Shown here piece by piece: positions 43,829 through 53,772 of a stretch of DNA of 64,000 bases. The stretch's first letter is position 1. Each line of letters starts with the position of its first letter. The position numbers and the translations under genes were made by a program. Under the pieces are notes generated by a model. It saw only the letters and a list, made by a program, of their open reading frames with translations, was not told the DNA's origin and ran no database searches. This DNA comes from an uncultured Methanosarcinaceae archaeon (lineage in GTDB: Archaea > Halobacteriota > Methanosarcinia > Methanosarcinales > Methanosarcinaceae), in contig CAVRJG010000056.1 in the NCBI GenBank assembly GCA_963721455.1, positions 49,970 to 113,969 of the forward strand. Direction: 5' to 3'.

Positions 43829-44236
43829 TCAGGCAGGAGATTCTTTGGTCATGATATAAGCGACCATTCCGGGGTTAAGCTTGCTTTCCCTTGAAACTTT
43901 TGCTTCGATATCCTCAGTGGATTTACCTTCGATTTTCATTTCTTTTATTTTTTCAGTCACTGAAGATGGAATGGTGTAATATTCGTTTATATCCTTCCTG
44001 TGGCCCCAGACATCTCCTTCGATGAGCTGAATTCTCTGCATCCTGAGGAACATTTCTATGGACTTTGAAACCGTGGCCATGTAAGATTTGGGTAACTGAA
44101 TTACCTCAATCTTCGGGCAGGTCTCAACCAGTCCAAATATATCCTTGTTCGACGGCCTGAAGGCCAGGTGAACAACACGCTCATTAGGGTTAAGTGTAAA
44201 GATTTCTTCTCTGGAACTAACTACTCGGATTTTCAT
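43829..44236 (-). CDS. DUF1699 family protein (paralogue 3)
   Basis: Same signature as paralogues 1 and 2. Confidence 0.9.
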   Translation of the reverse strand: MKIRVVSSREEIFTLNPNERVVHLAFRPSNKDIFGLVETCPKIEVIQLPKSYMATVSKSIEMFLRMQRIQLIEGDVWGHRKDINEYYTIPSSVTEKIKEMKIEGKSTEDIEAKVSRESKLNPGMVAYIMTKESPA

Positions 44237-44815
44237 GTTTTTCTCTTCCCACTGTAAAGTTTTTTTACGTTTTTACATTAATATAGTAAGTTATACTGAC
44301 TATAAATATTTATCCTATTCAACTAACATTATTTAGATAGTATTCTGGATTTTTTATCCACGAAATATCTCATTAATCAACCGGGAGAAGCCAAGAAAGA
44401 AAATGAAATCCAATTCTTACAAATTGCCCTTCTATTTTGATTCGATTTTTGCCAATTATACTACTATAATTTTTTTCTAGAAACTGATTTAATTATTATG
44501 ATCTAATCATTATTGCCTTTAATTCCTTGAGATCTCACACTTTTTCAGCAGGTGATCCCGGTGAGACTTTCCCATCCTGAGTAAAGGAAATTTGGTCGCA
44601 GGTAAATTACTGAAAAAAAATCGTGAGCAATGGGCAGAAAAAGGGCTATCGAAACACTTCCATATAAGTGAAGCAAAAATTCCGTGGAAGCAGAGAAAGG
44701 TCTAAGAATGCAAGATTTCCAGCTGTAAGGACTATGGAAAAAGCTCAAAAGCGAATATGGAAAAAGATTAGCCCCGGGTTTCTTGAACCCCGGGCGGTCC
44801 TGTCAGAAAACAAAG

Positions 44816-45082
44816 TTAGAGAAGTTTATCGAGTTCCGACGCCAGCACACTGCCCTGGGTTACTCCCATGAAACGCTTTACTTCGGCCCCATCTTTCTGA
44901 ATGATCAGTGTTGGGACAGCGTGTATGCCGTATTTGGAGGCAAGTTCCTGGTTTTCATCCACATCGACAACTTTGAACTCAACTTTATCCCCGTACTTCT
45001 TTTCGAGCTCTTCAATAATCGGTTTTTGCATCCTGCAAGGTCCACACCATGTTGCGGAAAAGTCCAATAACATCGGTTTCAT
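44816..45082 (-). CDS. trxA: Thioredoxin
   Basis: DFSATWCGPC active site; YGI.AVPTL. Confidence 0.93.
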   Translation of the reverse strand: MKPMLLDFSATWCGPCRMQKPIIEELEKKYGDKVEFKVVDVDENQELASKYGIHAVPTLIIQKDGAEVKRFMGVTQGSVLASELDKLL

Positions 45083-45362
45083 AAAATCACCTATATCACT
45101 TTGAAACGTCTGAGACTTTCTCTATTCTTATTTCCATTCCGGAAAGCATAGAGAAAAATCGTACATATACAGCCTATAAACGCCTGTACGACAAAGCTGC
45201 CGGAAACCCAATCCTGAATGATAGGCGGCCTCAATGATGGAATTACCAAATACAGGGTCGGGACTCACTTTATTGTATATATTATCTTCGAGAATATATA
45301 ACGCTTATCTCAGTCTCATGCGCCTTATCATAAACGCATTTGAAAAAAAACCCCAGCAAGCT

Positions 45363-46187
45363 TTAACCCGTTAAGGAATCACGTATTTTTCCCGGTCCTT
45401 TATCCTCTTTCCGGCCTTTAATTATGTTGCCAAAGTACATGCAGCCTTCCATTGAGATTGTTGGCATTTCCGGAGACTCGTTTACCATACTCACCGGAGC
45501 GCCCCGGATTAACACGCAGGGCACTCTTTCCCCTGCCTCCCCCATAAGGAGTTCAGCAGCCGAAACGAGGTTGTCTGCTACAGCCTTATATGTAATAAGG
45601 AGGGGTTTTCCGTAGATATCGAAAGTTCCCCTTGCATCCTCCACAGGTACGAATCCTGAAACTCCAAGCGCAATCCCTGAGCAGCCAAGCCTGAGAGGCT
45701 GAGTCCTGCTGTCTCCGACAATTACCCCCAGCCTGCACGAATAACGCTGCTCAAGCCGGCTCCGGATATTTTCCGAACTTTTTCGCGGGTCTTCCGGAAG
45801 CAGGACTACATGGCCTTCAGGAACATTTGATGCATCGATCCCTGCGTTGGGAGCCAGAACACCTTTCGTGATGGTAAGGGCAGCTCCGGGCACACCCCCG
45901 AAAACCTCATCGCATTCCTGAAGCACGAGTTCCATTTCTCTGGGATCAATCCCGTATTTTTCCCCAAGAAGCTGGGCCCTTTCTCCGGGAGTGATGCTTG
46001 CAAGCTCGACAATTCTTTTTTCCGCCGTGCTAACCGCAGATTCGGCCAGCACGAAAATATCTCCATCAACCGGAACAAGGCCTGCGTCCTCCAGGGAAGT
46101 TTCGAGAATCTGTACGATGTCGTCCCCTTCCTTAATAATAGGGGTCTTAATCCCGAACATCTGAATGGAAGTGTTTTCTGAATTCAT
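45363..46187 (-). CDS. cofE: CofE-family gamma-glutamyl ligase (F420-0:glutamate ligase family; possibly FolC2-type)
   Basis: TP.IKEGDD, DGDI.VLAES.VS.AE, PNAGID.SN, LLP.DP, DSRTQPLR.G, AD.L.SAA.LLMGE..E..P. Confidence 0.8.
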   Translation of the reverse strand: MNSENTSIQMFGIKTPIIKEGDDIVQILETSLEDAGLVPVDGDIFVLAESAVSTAEKRIVELASITPGERAQLLGEKYGIDPREMELVLQECDEVFGGVPGAALTITKGVLAPNAGIDASNVPEGHVVLLPEDPRKSSENIRSRLEQRYSCRLGVIVGDSRTQPLRLGCSGIALGVSGFVPVEDARGTFDIYGKPLLITYKAVADNLVSAAELLMGEAGERVPCVLIRGAPVSMVNESPEMPTISMEGCMYFGNIIKGRKEDKGPGKIRDSLTG

Positions 46188-46437
46188 GTTTTACTGCCTT
46201 TAAAAGCTGATGATTAGCTCTAATTTCCTGAACCAGGAATCAATAGATATGGAGTCAAACCGTAAAATACCGGAAGATATTGATAAATGTATCCGAAAGT
46301 TCAGAAAAACTCCCTTCCAGGGATAAAAGGCTTGAAAATGAGGAAATTTCCCCGGAAACATAGCCCTGGAAACTTAAACTTACCTTCCAGAAAGATCGAA
46401 ATCGGACCTGAAAAGACTTTATCCTGATGGTTTGCTT

Positions 46438-47250
46438 TCAGGCATATGTCATAAGCGAATGTTTCAGTTCGCTGTAACACCTTTCGAAGATAGCCTGTTC
46501 AGCTTTGATTTCTGTTATTCCAAAATCATAGAAGGCTGCAAATTCCCTCACTCTGGATTCAAAATTATGCTGGTATTTTAAGCCGGTATTGATCTTTGCC
46601 ACGTGGCTATATCTGGCAGCTTTGAATACCAGCTTTGACTCCTCAAGAGATCCCATGTCCCTGGCAAACCCATTAGCTACTACCATTTTTTCCCAGTTGG
46701 CAGCCCACATCGGAGTAAGCATGAAAGTCCTTTCACCTCTTAAACTCCTTATTGTTTCCATGAAAGCTTGTTTGCCTCCGAGTGTCGCACAGATGCAGTC
46801 ATCAACGATGTTTCCTTCGGCATCCCTGAGCAATACGAGAGGACGCTCAAGGTGAGTGAAATCTTTCTCGATGTTTTTGAGCACACCCCCACAAAACCCA
46901 TAGAGCAAAAGCAATCCGTCTGAGAAGAGCGACATCCTCATAATTGCATCATATATGTTCATTTTCAGCCTGGTACGCTGTTTTCCTGTGCCAATGACTT
47001 CCAGGACGTTGAGCACAAGCATGAGTTCCTCATCCCTTTCATGCTGCACATCCCTGAAACTTCTATGTGCCTCGACATTTTTAAGAGTCAATTCCCGGCA
47101 GGGATGGCCAATTTCCCCAAACTTGCGTATAATGTCCTCCGAACTCTCATTTTTTAGTATTAGAACTTCATCCACCTCTTCATCCTGATCCACGAGATGG
47201 ACAATTTCATCCTCAAAGATTTTGCATGATATGATGCTTATTATCCTCAT
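46438..47250 (-). CDS. DUF1638-domain protein
   Basis: IISCKIFEDE, LLLYGFCG, IVDDCICATLGG, FMLTPMWA; GGAGG RBS before ATG 47250. Confidence 0.8.
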   Translation of the reverse strand: MRIISIISCKIFEDEIVHLVDQDEEVDEVLILKNESSEDIIRKFGEIGHPCRELTLKNVEAHRSFRDVQHERDEELMLVLNVLEVIGTGKQRTRLKMNIYDAIMRMSLFSDGLLLLYGFCGGVLKNIEKDFTHLERPLVLLRDAEGNIVDDCICATLGGKQAFMETIRSLRGERTFMLTPMWAANWEKMVVANGFARDMGSLEESKLVFKAARYSHVAKINTGLKYQHNFESRVREFAAFYDFGITEIKAEQAIFERCYSELKHSLMTYA

Positions 47251-47581
47251 TGCAACCTCCTTTTCGGGTTCCCCTGCTCTGGTGAAAAACTTTGAACCCA
47301 TCAAATCCGGATGTCAAAAAGAAATAGAAAAAACACCCATCTCCAGCACCCTCAAAAACTCATATCGGTTTATATACTATATTATCGGCAATGCTGATTA
47401 TAATTTATTTCCTGTGAGTATTTAAAAGTAGGTTAAAAGAACAGGATAAAAGAGGTTTTCAGATAAGCTCTTTAAGAAAAAGGAGGAAATTAACGGCACA
47501 AAATACACAAAATCGGAAGTTTTAAAACTTAAAGAAAAGGAGAAGAACCCCCCATTTTAAGAGAATATTTTTTGTATTCCG

Positions 47582-48460
47582 TTACTTCCCTGAAATTCCA
47601 GCCATAGAAAGCAGTCTGGGAGTATTTTTATGAGACCCGATAGGCATAACATGGACCCCTCTCGAGAGTTTCGTCAGCTCCTTTATGGTCTCGGAAGCTA
47701 TGGAAAGTCCTTCTTCAATAGGGTTGGAAGCTTCTTTCATGCGGAACATGATCTCCTCAGGCACAATAATTCCTGAGATATTCTTGTTCATGTATTCAGC
47801 CATCCCATGGGACTTGAGAGGAATCAAACCTGCAATCACAGGTACCTCAAGGTGGCTTATGGCTTCCATAAATTCCTCGAACATGCCCACATCATAGACA
47901 GCCTGAGTCTGGATAAAGTCAGCTCCGCACCTGGCTTTTTTTTCAAGCTTTATGAGTTGCAGGGTTTTTTCAGGATCTATCCCTGAGACAGCGCCTGTAC
48001 AGAAAGAAGTCCCTCCGTCCAACCTGTTTCCTGCAAAATCGATGCCTGAATCAAGCTTCCGGACAAGCTGCAGGAGTTGTACGGAATCGAGGTCATATAC
48101 GGGCTTTGAACCAGGGTGGTCTCCGCACGAAGGAAAATCCCCTGTCATCAAGCAGATATTCCGGATACCCAGAGCATACGCCCCCAGAAGATCTGACTGA
48201 AGCCCGATCCTGTTCCTGTCCCGACATGTGAGTTGCATAATAGGCTCGTGCCCTTCATCAAGCAGAAGCTTGCTAAAAGCCATGGAACTCATATGCATAA
48301 TCGAGCATTGATTATCCGTAACATTTAGAGCATCCGCAATGCCTTTGAGCTGGCGAGCATCTTCCAGGGGGACTGAAAACCTTGTTCCCTTAGGAGGGGA
48401 GACTTCAGCAGTAACCAGAAATTTGCTGGAATTCAGTTTTTCACGAAAATTAAAAAGCAT
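47582..48460 (-). CDS. metF: Methylenetetrahydrofolate reductase, flavoprotein subunit
   Basis: TAEVSPPKG, NVTDN, MQLTCRDRNR.GLQSDLLGA..LG..N...TGD, GADFIQTQ. Confidence 0.92.
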   Translation of the reverse strand: MLFNFREKLNSSKFLVTAEVSPPKGTRFSVPLEDARQLKGIADALNVTDNQCSIMHMSSMAFSKLLLDEGHEPIMQLTCRDRNRIGLQSDLLGAYALGIRNICLMTGDFPSCGDHPGSKPVYDLDSVQLLQLVRKLDSGIDFAGNRLDGGTSFCTGAVSGIDPEKTLQLIKLEKKARCGADFIQTQAVYDVGMFEEFMEAISHLEVPVIAGLIPLKSHGMAEYMNKNISGIIVPEEIMFRMKEASNPIEEGLSIASETIKELTKLSRGVHVMPIGSHKNTPRLLSMAGISGK

Positions 48461-48484
48461 TAAATAAGAATATCAGAAATGAAA

Positions 48485-49099
48485 TTATTTAAAACCATGC
48501 TCCTGGGGGGCATGGACAACGTAAAGAAGATCAAGTCTCTTGATTTTTTTCAAACGCTCATAGATGAGATTCCAGATACAGTCTTTCTCTGTGTTGACTT
48601 CGCACATCCCGTCAACAGCCCCTCCGCAGGGCCCGTTCAGAAGCCCTTTAGGGCACTGGGCTTTGGGGCAGAGGCCTCCGAATTCACCGATTGTGCAGTT
48701 CCCGCACAATATACACTGATCGGAAAGCAGCTTGCCCTCGCTCGAACCTCCCAGAGAAAGCGTATTATTTGAACCGTATACAGGCACCTCCGTTACACTG
48801 GCAACAGTCGAAACTCCACTGCCGCAGCCCATGACAAGGATGCAGCGCGCCTCATTTATTTTTTCATTTTTCTGGGCAAGGGACTCAAAAGACCGGATAC
48901 TGCAGGCTGCGGTGGGAAGAGACCAGCCTACGACATGCTTTCCGCTTTCCTCAAGCTGCCTGCACATTTCAAGAACCTCGGGTTCTCCTCCGGTCTCCAG
49001 TTTTGCGGCGCAGACATTGCATCCGATAACGAAGATATCGTCTTCATCTTTTAATATGGACAGGATTTCTTCAAGGGGTTTTGCTGAAGTTATAATCAT
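48485..49099 (-). CDS. metV: MetV-type Fe-S/Zn subunit of methylene-H4F reductase
   Basis: GC..CA....TGG, GCG.GV, C..CG.C......G.CP...C.KGLLNGPCGG...G.CEV....C.W..IY.RL. Confidence 0.88.
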   Translation of the reverse strand: MIITSAKPLEEILSILKDEDDIFVIGCNVCAAKLETGGEPEVLEMCRQLEESGKHVVGWSLPTAACSIRSFESLAQKNEKINEARCILVMGCGSGVSTVASVTEVPVYGSNNTLSLGGSSEGKLLSDQCILCGNCTIGEFGGLCPKAQCPKGLLNGPCGGAVDGMCEVNTEKDCIWNLIYERLKKIKRLDLLYVVHAPQEHGFK

Positions 49100-49101
49100 A
49101 A

Positions 49102-50337
49102 TTACCTCAAATATCGATATTCCAGATCGTTCCGGTTTGCAATACATTTGCGGATCATTTCGGCAATAAGTGGAAGGGAGCGTGCCTGGCCTTCAAGTTT
49201 CCTCGCAAGGCGCTCAAAATGCAGGAGAGTGCCCATTACAAGCACATCAGTTATTTCCGTTTCGTGGGAAACTGCGTCCCTTGCCAGGGCTGCATCTCCT
49301 CCCCGGGCAAGCATCTCCTGTTTTATTATCAGGGCCTCTGTAGTCGTAAGATTACGAATTTTCAGCATAAGGTGGATGCTTTTGTTCTGCATTACCTGCG
49401 AACCGGTCATGGTCGCCCCAAGTTTCCGCATAGCTATGCCTGCATCCTGTGGGGTCTTTACCTCAAGCACAGAAACCTCATACATGCCCTCTTTTACTAC
49501 ACTTGGCCGACTCCTGAGAGCCCCTGAAAGCTTTACAACATCGAAAGTTTCAGGCACATCGTGCGTACGGATAATATGGGCGCCTTTATAAACTGCAATA
49601 GCAGCCGCAGCCAGGCTGCCGTAGAGCCTTTCGGTTGCAGGCTTTTCAAGTACCTCCCCTATGAAAGATTTTCTTGAAAGGGCTGCCAACAAAGGTTTTT
49701 CAAAAATCTTCAGGCGTTCAAAGTCGTCAAGGGTTTCAAAATCATAGATAGGAAGCTTTTCTTCTGTCCACATGCCTATTGCAGGGTCAAGTATAAGGTT
49801 TTCGGGATTTATGCCGCCTGCTTCGGCAGCCTGTATAATAGAATCAAGTGCTCCGATAATAGAATCCATCCCAAGAGGATCCCCCGGAACCTTTTCAGAA
49901 GCCATAACAACGGCAGGGCACTCGTAATCTGCCACTACTTCAATCATTCCGGGGTCTGCGGTAAAACCAGAAACATCATTTATAATTTCAGCTCCTCTTT
50001 TGAGAGCTCCTTCTGCGATTTCAGGAAACATTGTATCCACGGAAATCACAGCATCCACATTGCCTTCCAGAGCTTCAAGCACTGGCAGAATACGTTCAAG
50101 CTCTTCTCCCCTGCTTATCGGCTCGGCAAGCCTCCAGGTTGAACGAGCTCCCAGATCCAGGAAGGCTGCTCCGCCCTCAACCATTTTCAGGGCTATCTCA
50201 AGCACTGAATCCGGACTTACGATCGAGTTTTCGTAAAAGGACTCCGGGCTCAGGTTAATAATACCCATTACATGTGCAGGGTATCGATCTCCTACTTTTA
50301 TACCGCAGATATCAGTATCAACAACCATTTTTGACAA
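49102..50337 (-). CDS. folP: Dihydropteroate synthase with a C-terminal Prd-like extension
   Basis: MGIINLSPESFY, DLGARST, ISVDT, INDVSG, LDPAIG, LSRKSF, IIRTHDV; an extra ~135 aa containing LIIKQEMLARGGDAA. Confidence 0.92.
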   Translation of the reverse strand: MSKMVVDTDICGIKVGDRYPAHVMGIINLSPESFYENSIVSPDSVLEIALKMVEGGAAFLDLGARSTWRLAEPISRGEELERILPVLEALEGNVDAVISVDTMFPEIAEGALKRGAEIINDVSGFTADPGMIEVVADYECPAVVMASEKVPGDPLGMDSIIGALDSIIQAAEAGGINPENLILDPAIGMWTEEKLPIYDFETLDDFERLKIFEKPLLAALSRKSFIGEVLEKPATERLYGSLAAAAIAVYKGAHIIRTHDVPETFDVVKLSGALRSRPSVVKEGMYEVSVLEVKTPQDAGIAMRKLGATMTGSQVMQNKSIHLMLKIRNLTTTEALIIKQEMLARGGDAALARDAVSHETEITDVLVMGTLLHFERLARKLEGQARSLPLIAEMIRKCIANRNDLEYRYLR

Positions 50338-51238
50338 CCCGGTTATATAGGTTTTAAATCAGCTGACGCCAATCGGCGCTTAATAGACATTGGTAAACAA
50401 GTATTGATGGATCCAGACTCACAGATGCTTTTCAGTCATGAGATATTCCAGTGTTATCCTTTTAAATCGTGGCTGGAAATGCAGTTTACTTCACCTATAC
50501 GGAGATTCCCTGAAAAAACCTTTTTATTCCGCCACCAGAGGCTTCCGGCCAGGGGGAGTTAACTGATATATCATTATCAGGATCAGATAAATAATCACTA
50601 TAACCATATATTAATTAATACATATCAGCCGGATTTTATCAGGTAGATTTGTTTAAGATCTGTTTAAGACTTATTATTGGCCCGATTTTAGCGGCCGAAT
50701 ATTTTATAGTGATAAGTCCATACAATTAAACCCAATAATTATTTTGAGTATTATTGATAGTAAACTCTTATTGTAGTAAAATAAGCTTCAATAATACATA
50801 AAAATATTGATGTGTAGAATTAATCTGATACAATTGGGAAAGCATTGTTGTGTATTAATTAAGAAATTAGCTATAAAAAACAATTGCTTTTATTGTAAGC
50901 TGGCAAGATAAAGAAAACAAGGTTGAATTTCCTTATCTGGCACAATTGGGAAAACAACTTTGCTTGCTTTAATATGAAAATGGGTAAGAATAAGAATTTT
51001 ATGTGCCTTAACCTTTATTTGCCAGTGGAATTGCCATACTGATTGTCATCCGATGCCATTGGATATAACAAGGAAACGGTTTAAGGAAACCGTTGAATGC
51101 AAAACAGTGTTACTTATCAGAAATTATTAAAAGTGTAATTAAAATCGCAGTATAAGAAAAAAGTAGCTTTAGAATAAAAAGCCCCCAAAAGAGGAAATGT
51201 TAAAAGGCCCTGTTAAAAAGGCCTTATTAAAGAAGATT

Positions 51239-52102
51239 TCAGAAGTTTTTCTCTGCACACATCAGTACATGCTTCATGAGCATTGCAATTGTCACAGGGC
51301 CCACGCCGCCAGGAACAGGAGTGATAAGGGCGGCCTTTTTGATCACGTTTTCGAAGTCTACGTCTCCGTATACGCCGCCTTCTTCCTTGGTAATTCCCAC
51401 ATCAAAGATAACTGCCCCTTCCTTTACCATGTCGGCTTTGATAAGGTGTTTGACCCCTACCGCAACCACAAGGATATCGGCGCCAAGAGTGTATTTCTTC
51501 AGGTCATCCGTGAATATATGGCAAACCGAAACTGTTGCATTCCTGTTAAGGAACATTGCTGCCATGGGTTTTCCAACAACATTGCTGTGCCCGACAATAA
51601 CCACATTTTTGCCCTTGACAGGCACATTGTATTCTTCAAGCGCCCGGATAACCCCGTGGGGAGTACAGGGAACAAGGCCTTCATCCCCGATCATTAGCTT
51701 TCCCATATTGTAGGGGTGAAATCCATCCGCATCCTTTTCAGGGGCTATGGCTTCCATTGCTTCTTGCGGGGAAAAGTGTGTCGGAAGCGGGAGCTGAAGC
51801 AGGATTGCGTGAACATCCTTATTTTTGTTAAGGGTATCGATCAGGGAGAGAAGTTCCTCCTGACTCGCTTCTGCCGGAAGAAGGTAGTCTTCTGCTCTGA
51901 TGCCCACACGTTCGCAGGCTCTATGTTTCAGGCGGACGTACATCCTCGAGGCAGGGTCGTCACCTACAAGGATCGTAGCAAGCTCGGGAGTGGCTCCCCG
52001 GCCGCTTTCCAGGTCCTCGACTCCTGTCCTTACTTCTTCTTCAATCTGCTGTGCAAGAACTTTTCCGTCTATGATCCTTGATTCATACCCTTCAGTTGAC
52101 AT
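51239..52102 (-). CDS. folD: Methylene-H4F dehydrogenase/cyclohydrolase
   Basis: [49 protein letters not shown]. Confidence 0.96.
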   Translation of the reverse strand: MSTEGYESRIIDGKVLAQQIEEEVRTGVEDLESGRGATPELATILVGDDPASRMYVRLKHRACERVGIRAEDYLLPAEASQEELLSLIDTLNKNKDVHAILLQLPLPTHFSPQEAMEAIAPEKDADGFHPYNMGKLMIGDEGLVPCTPHGVIRALEEYNVPVKGKNVVIVGHSNVVGKPMAAMFLNRNATVSVCHIFTDDLKKYTLGADILVVAVGVKHLIKADMVKEGAVIFDVGITKEEGGVYGDVDFENVIKKAALITPVPGGVGPVTIAMLMKHVLMCAEKNF

Positions 52103-52127
52103 TGGTAAAACACCCGAACCTCTTCGA

Positions 52128-53366
52128 TTAGCAATAAACCGGAAACCTTGAACAGAGTTCTCTGACCTTACCACTTATTTCCGACAGGAGCCTATCGTTT
52201 GCCGCATTCTTGATTGCGATTTCGATATAATCGGCAATTAATTTCATTTCCCTCTCCTTCATACCCCTTGTGGTACAGGCAGGGGTTCCGAGCCTTACCC
52301 CGCTCGTGACAAACGGGCTGCGGGTCTCGAAGGGGACTGTGTTTTTGTTTGCAATGATCCCGGCTTTGCTCATGGCTGCTTCAGCATCCTTGCCTGTGAT
52401 ATGCATATTATTAAGGTTAACAAGCATAAGATGATTGTCCGTGCCTCCCGAAACAATATCAAAGCCTTTTTCCTTCAAAGATCTGCAAAGGGCCTTTGCG
52501 TTCTTTACGGTCTGGACCTGATCCTGCCTGAACTCTTCACTCATGGCCTCTTTAAAGGCTACTGCCTTCCCAGCTATGATATGCATGAGAGGTCCGCCCT
52601 GAGTTCCAGGGAATACAGCCTTGTTAATTCCGACTGCAAGCTCTTCTGTCCTGGAGATGATCATTCCGCCCCTTGGGCCCCGAAGGGTCTTGTGGGTTGT
52701 GGTGGTAACGAAATCTGCATAGGGCACAGGACTCTGGTGCACACCTGCAACTACAAGCCCTGCAATGTGGGCAATGTCCGCAAGCAGATAGGCTCCAACC
52801 TCGTCAGCGATTTCCCTGAATTGCTTGAAATCAATCTCACGCGGATAAGCTGAGGCACCGCAAACAATCAGTTTCGGTCTGCATTCCTTTGCTGTCTCCA
52901 TAAGTTCGGCATAGTCCAGCATCTCAGTCTCTTTACTGACTCCGTAGGGCACAATATTATAGAGCTTTCCGGAAAAACTCACCGGGCTGCCGTGGGAAAG
53001 ATGCCCGCCGTGCGAGAGGTCCATGGACATGATGGTATCCCCAGGCTGCAAAACCGAGAAATAGACAGCCATATTGGCTCCTGAACCCGAATGGGGCTGG
53101 ACGTTAACGTAATTTGCCTTGAAGATTTTCTTTGCCCTGGAAATCGCAAGGTCTTCAGCAACGTCCACGAAATCGCAGCCGCCGTAGTATCGCTTGCCGG
53201 AATACCCTTCGGCATACTTGTTTGTCAGAATCGAGCCCTGAGCTTCCATAACGGCTCTGCTTGCATAATTCTCGGATGCGATAAGGTTTAATTTATATTC
53301 CTGACGCTCGGCTTCTTTTTTGATAGCCTCGGACAATTCCGGATCAACTTTTTCAATATAAGACAT
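52128..53366 (-). CDS. glyA: Serine hydroxymethyltransferase (bacterial H4F type)
   Basis: [54 protein letters not shown]. Confidence 0.97.
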   Translation of the reverse strand: MSYIEKVDPELSEAIKKEAERQEYKLNLIASENYASRAVMEAQGSILTNKYAEGYSGKRYYGGCDFVDVAEDLAISRAKKIFKANYVNVQPHSGSGANMAVYFSVLQPGDTIMSMDLSHGGHLSHGSPVSFSGKLYNIVPYGVSKETEMLDYAELMETAKECRPKLIVCGASAYPREIDFKQFREIADEVGAYLLADIAHIAGLVVAGVHQSPVPYADFVTTTTHKTLRGPRGGMIISRTEELAVGINKAVFPGTQGGPLMHIIAGKAVAFKEAMSEEFRQDQVQTVKNAKALCRSLKEKGFDIVSGGTDNHLMLVNLNNMHITGKDAEAAMSKAGIIANKNTVPFETRSPFVTSGVRLGTPACTTRGMKEREMKLIADYIEIAIKNAANDRLLSEISGKVRELCSRFPVYC

Positions 53367-53772
53367 TACTGTCACCTGTGATCTACTTATTTAAAATTTA
53401 TTTAAAATCAAGAGTTTTTTGTGGCTTGGGTTGATTAGTGCTAACATGCGCATATTTAAGAACTGACTGACAGACTGGAAAGTTACTCAAAAGGTTAAGG
53501 TATTCAACGGCAAGAGCCGCTGACAAACGGAACTAATTAAACAGGCGTTGTAACCTTCCTTATGGGGTTTTCATACTGAAGTTTTAGAACTTCCAGCAAA
53601 AAGCTCCTGAATATTCTCAAGATCGGAGATTTCGAAAGCTGGAAAGCCCTTGTGGTCTACAAACTTTCGTGGAAGTACCAATAAGTTTGAATTATTTATA
53701 ATTATCAGGGTATTAATAAGGATATTAATCGGTAAAATCTATTCCGGTTTGAGAATGAACTTAACCGGCTGC

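Noticed and set aside
53376-53772. ZTP or THF riboswitch upstream of glyA
   Set aside because: The context is suggestive, but I could not find the conserved consensus elements on the minus strand.
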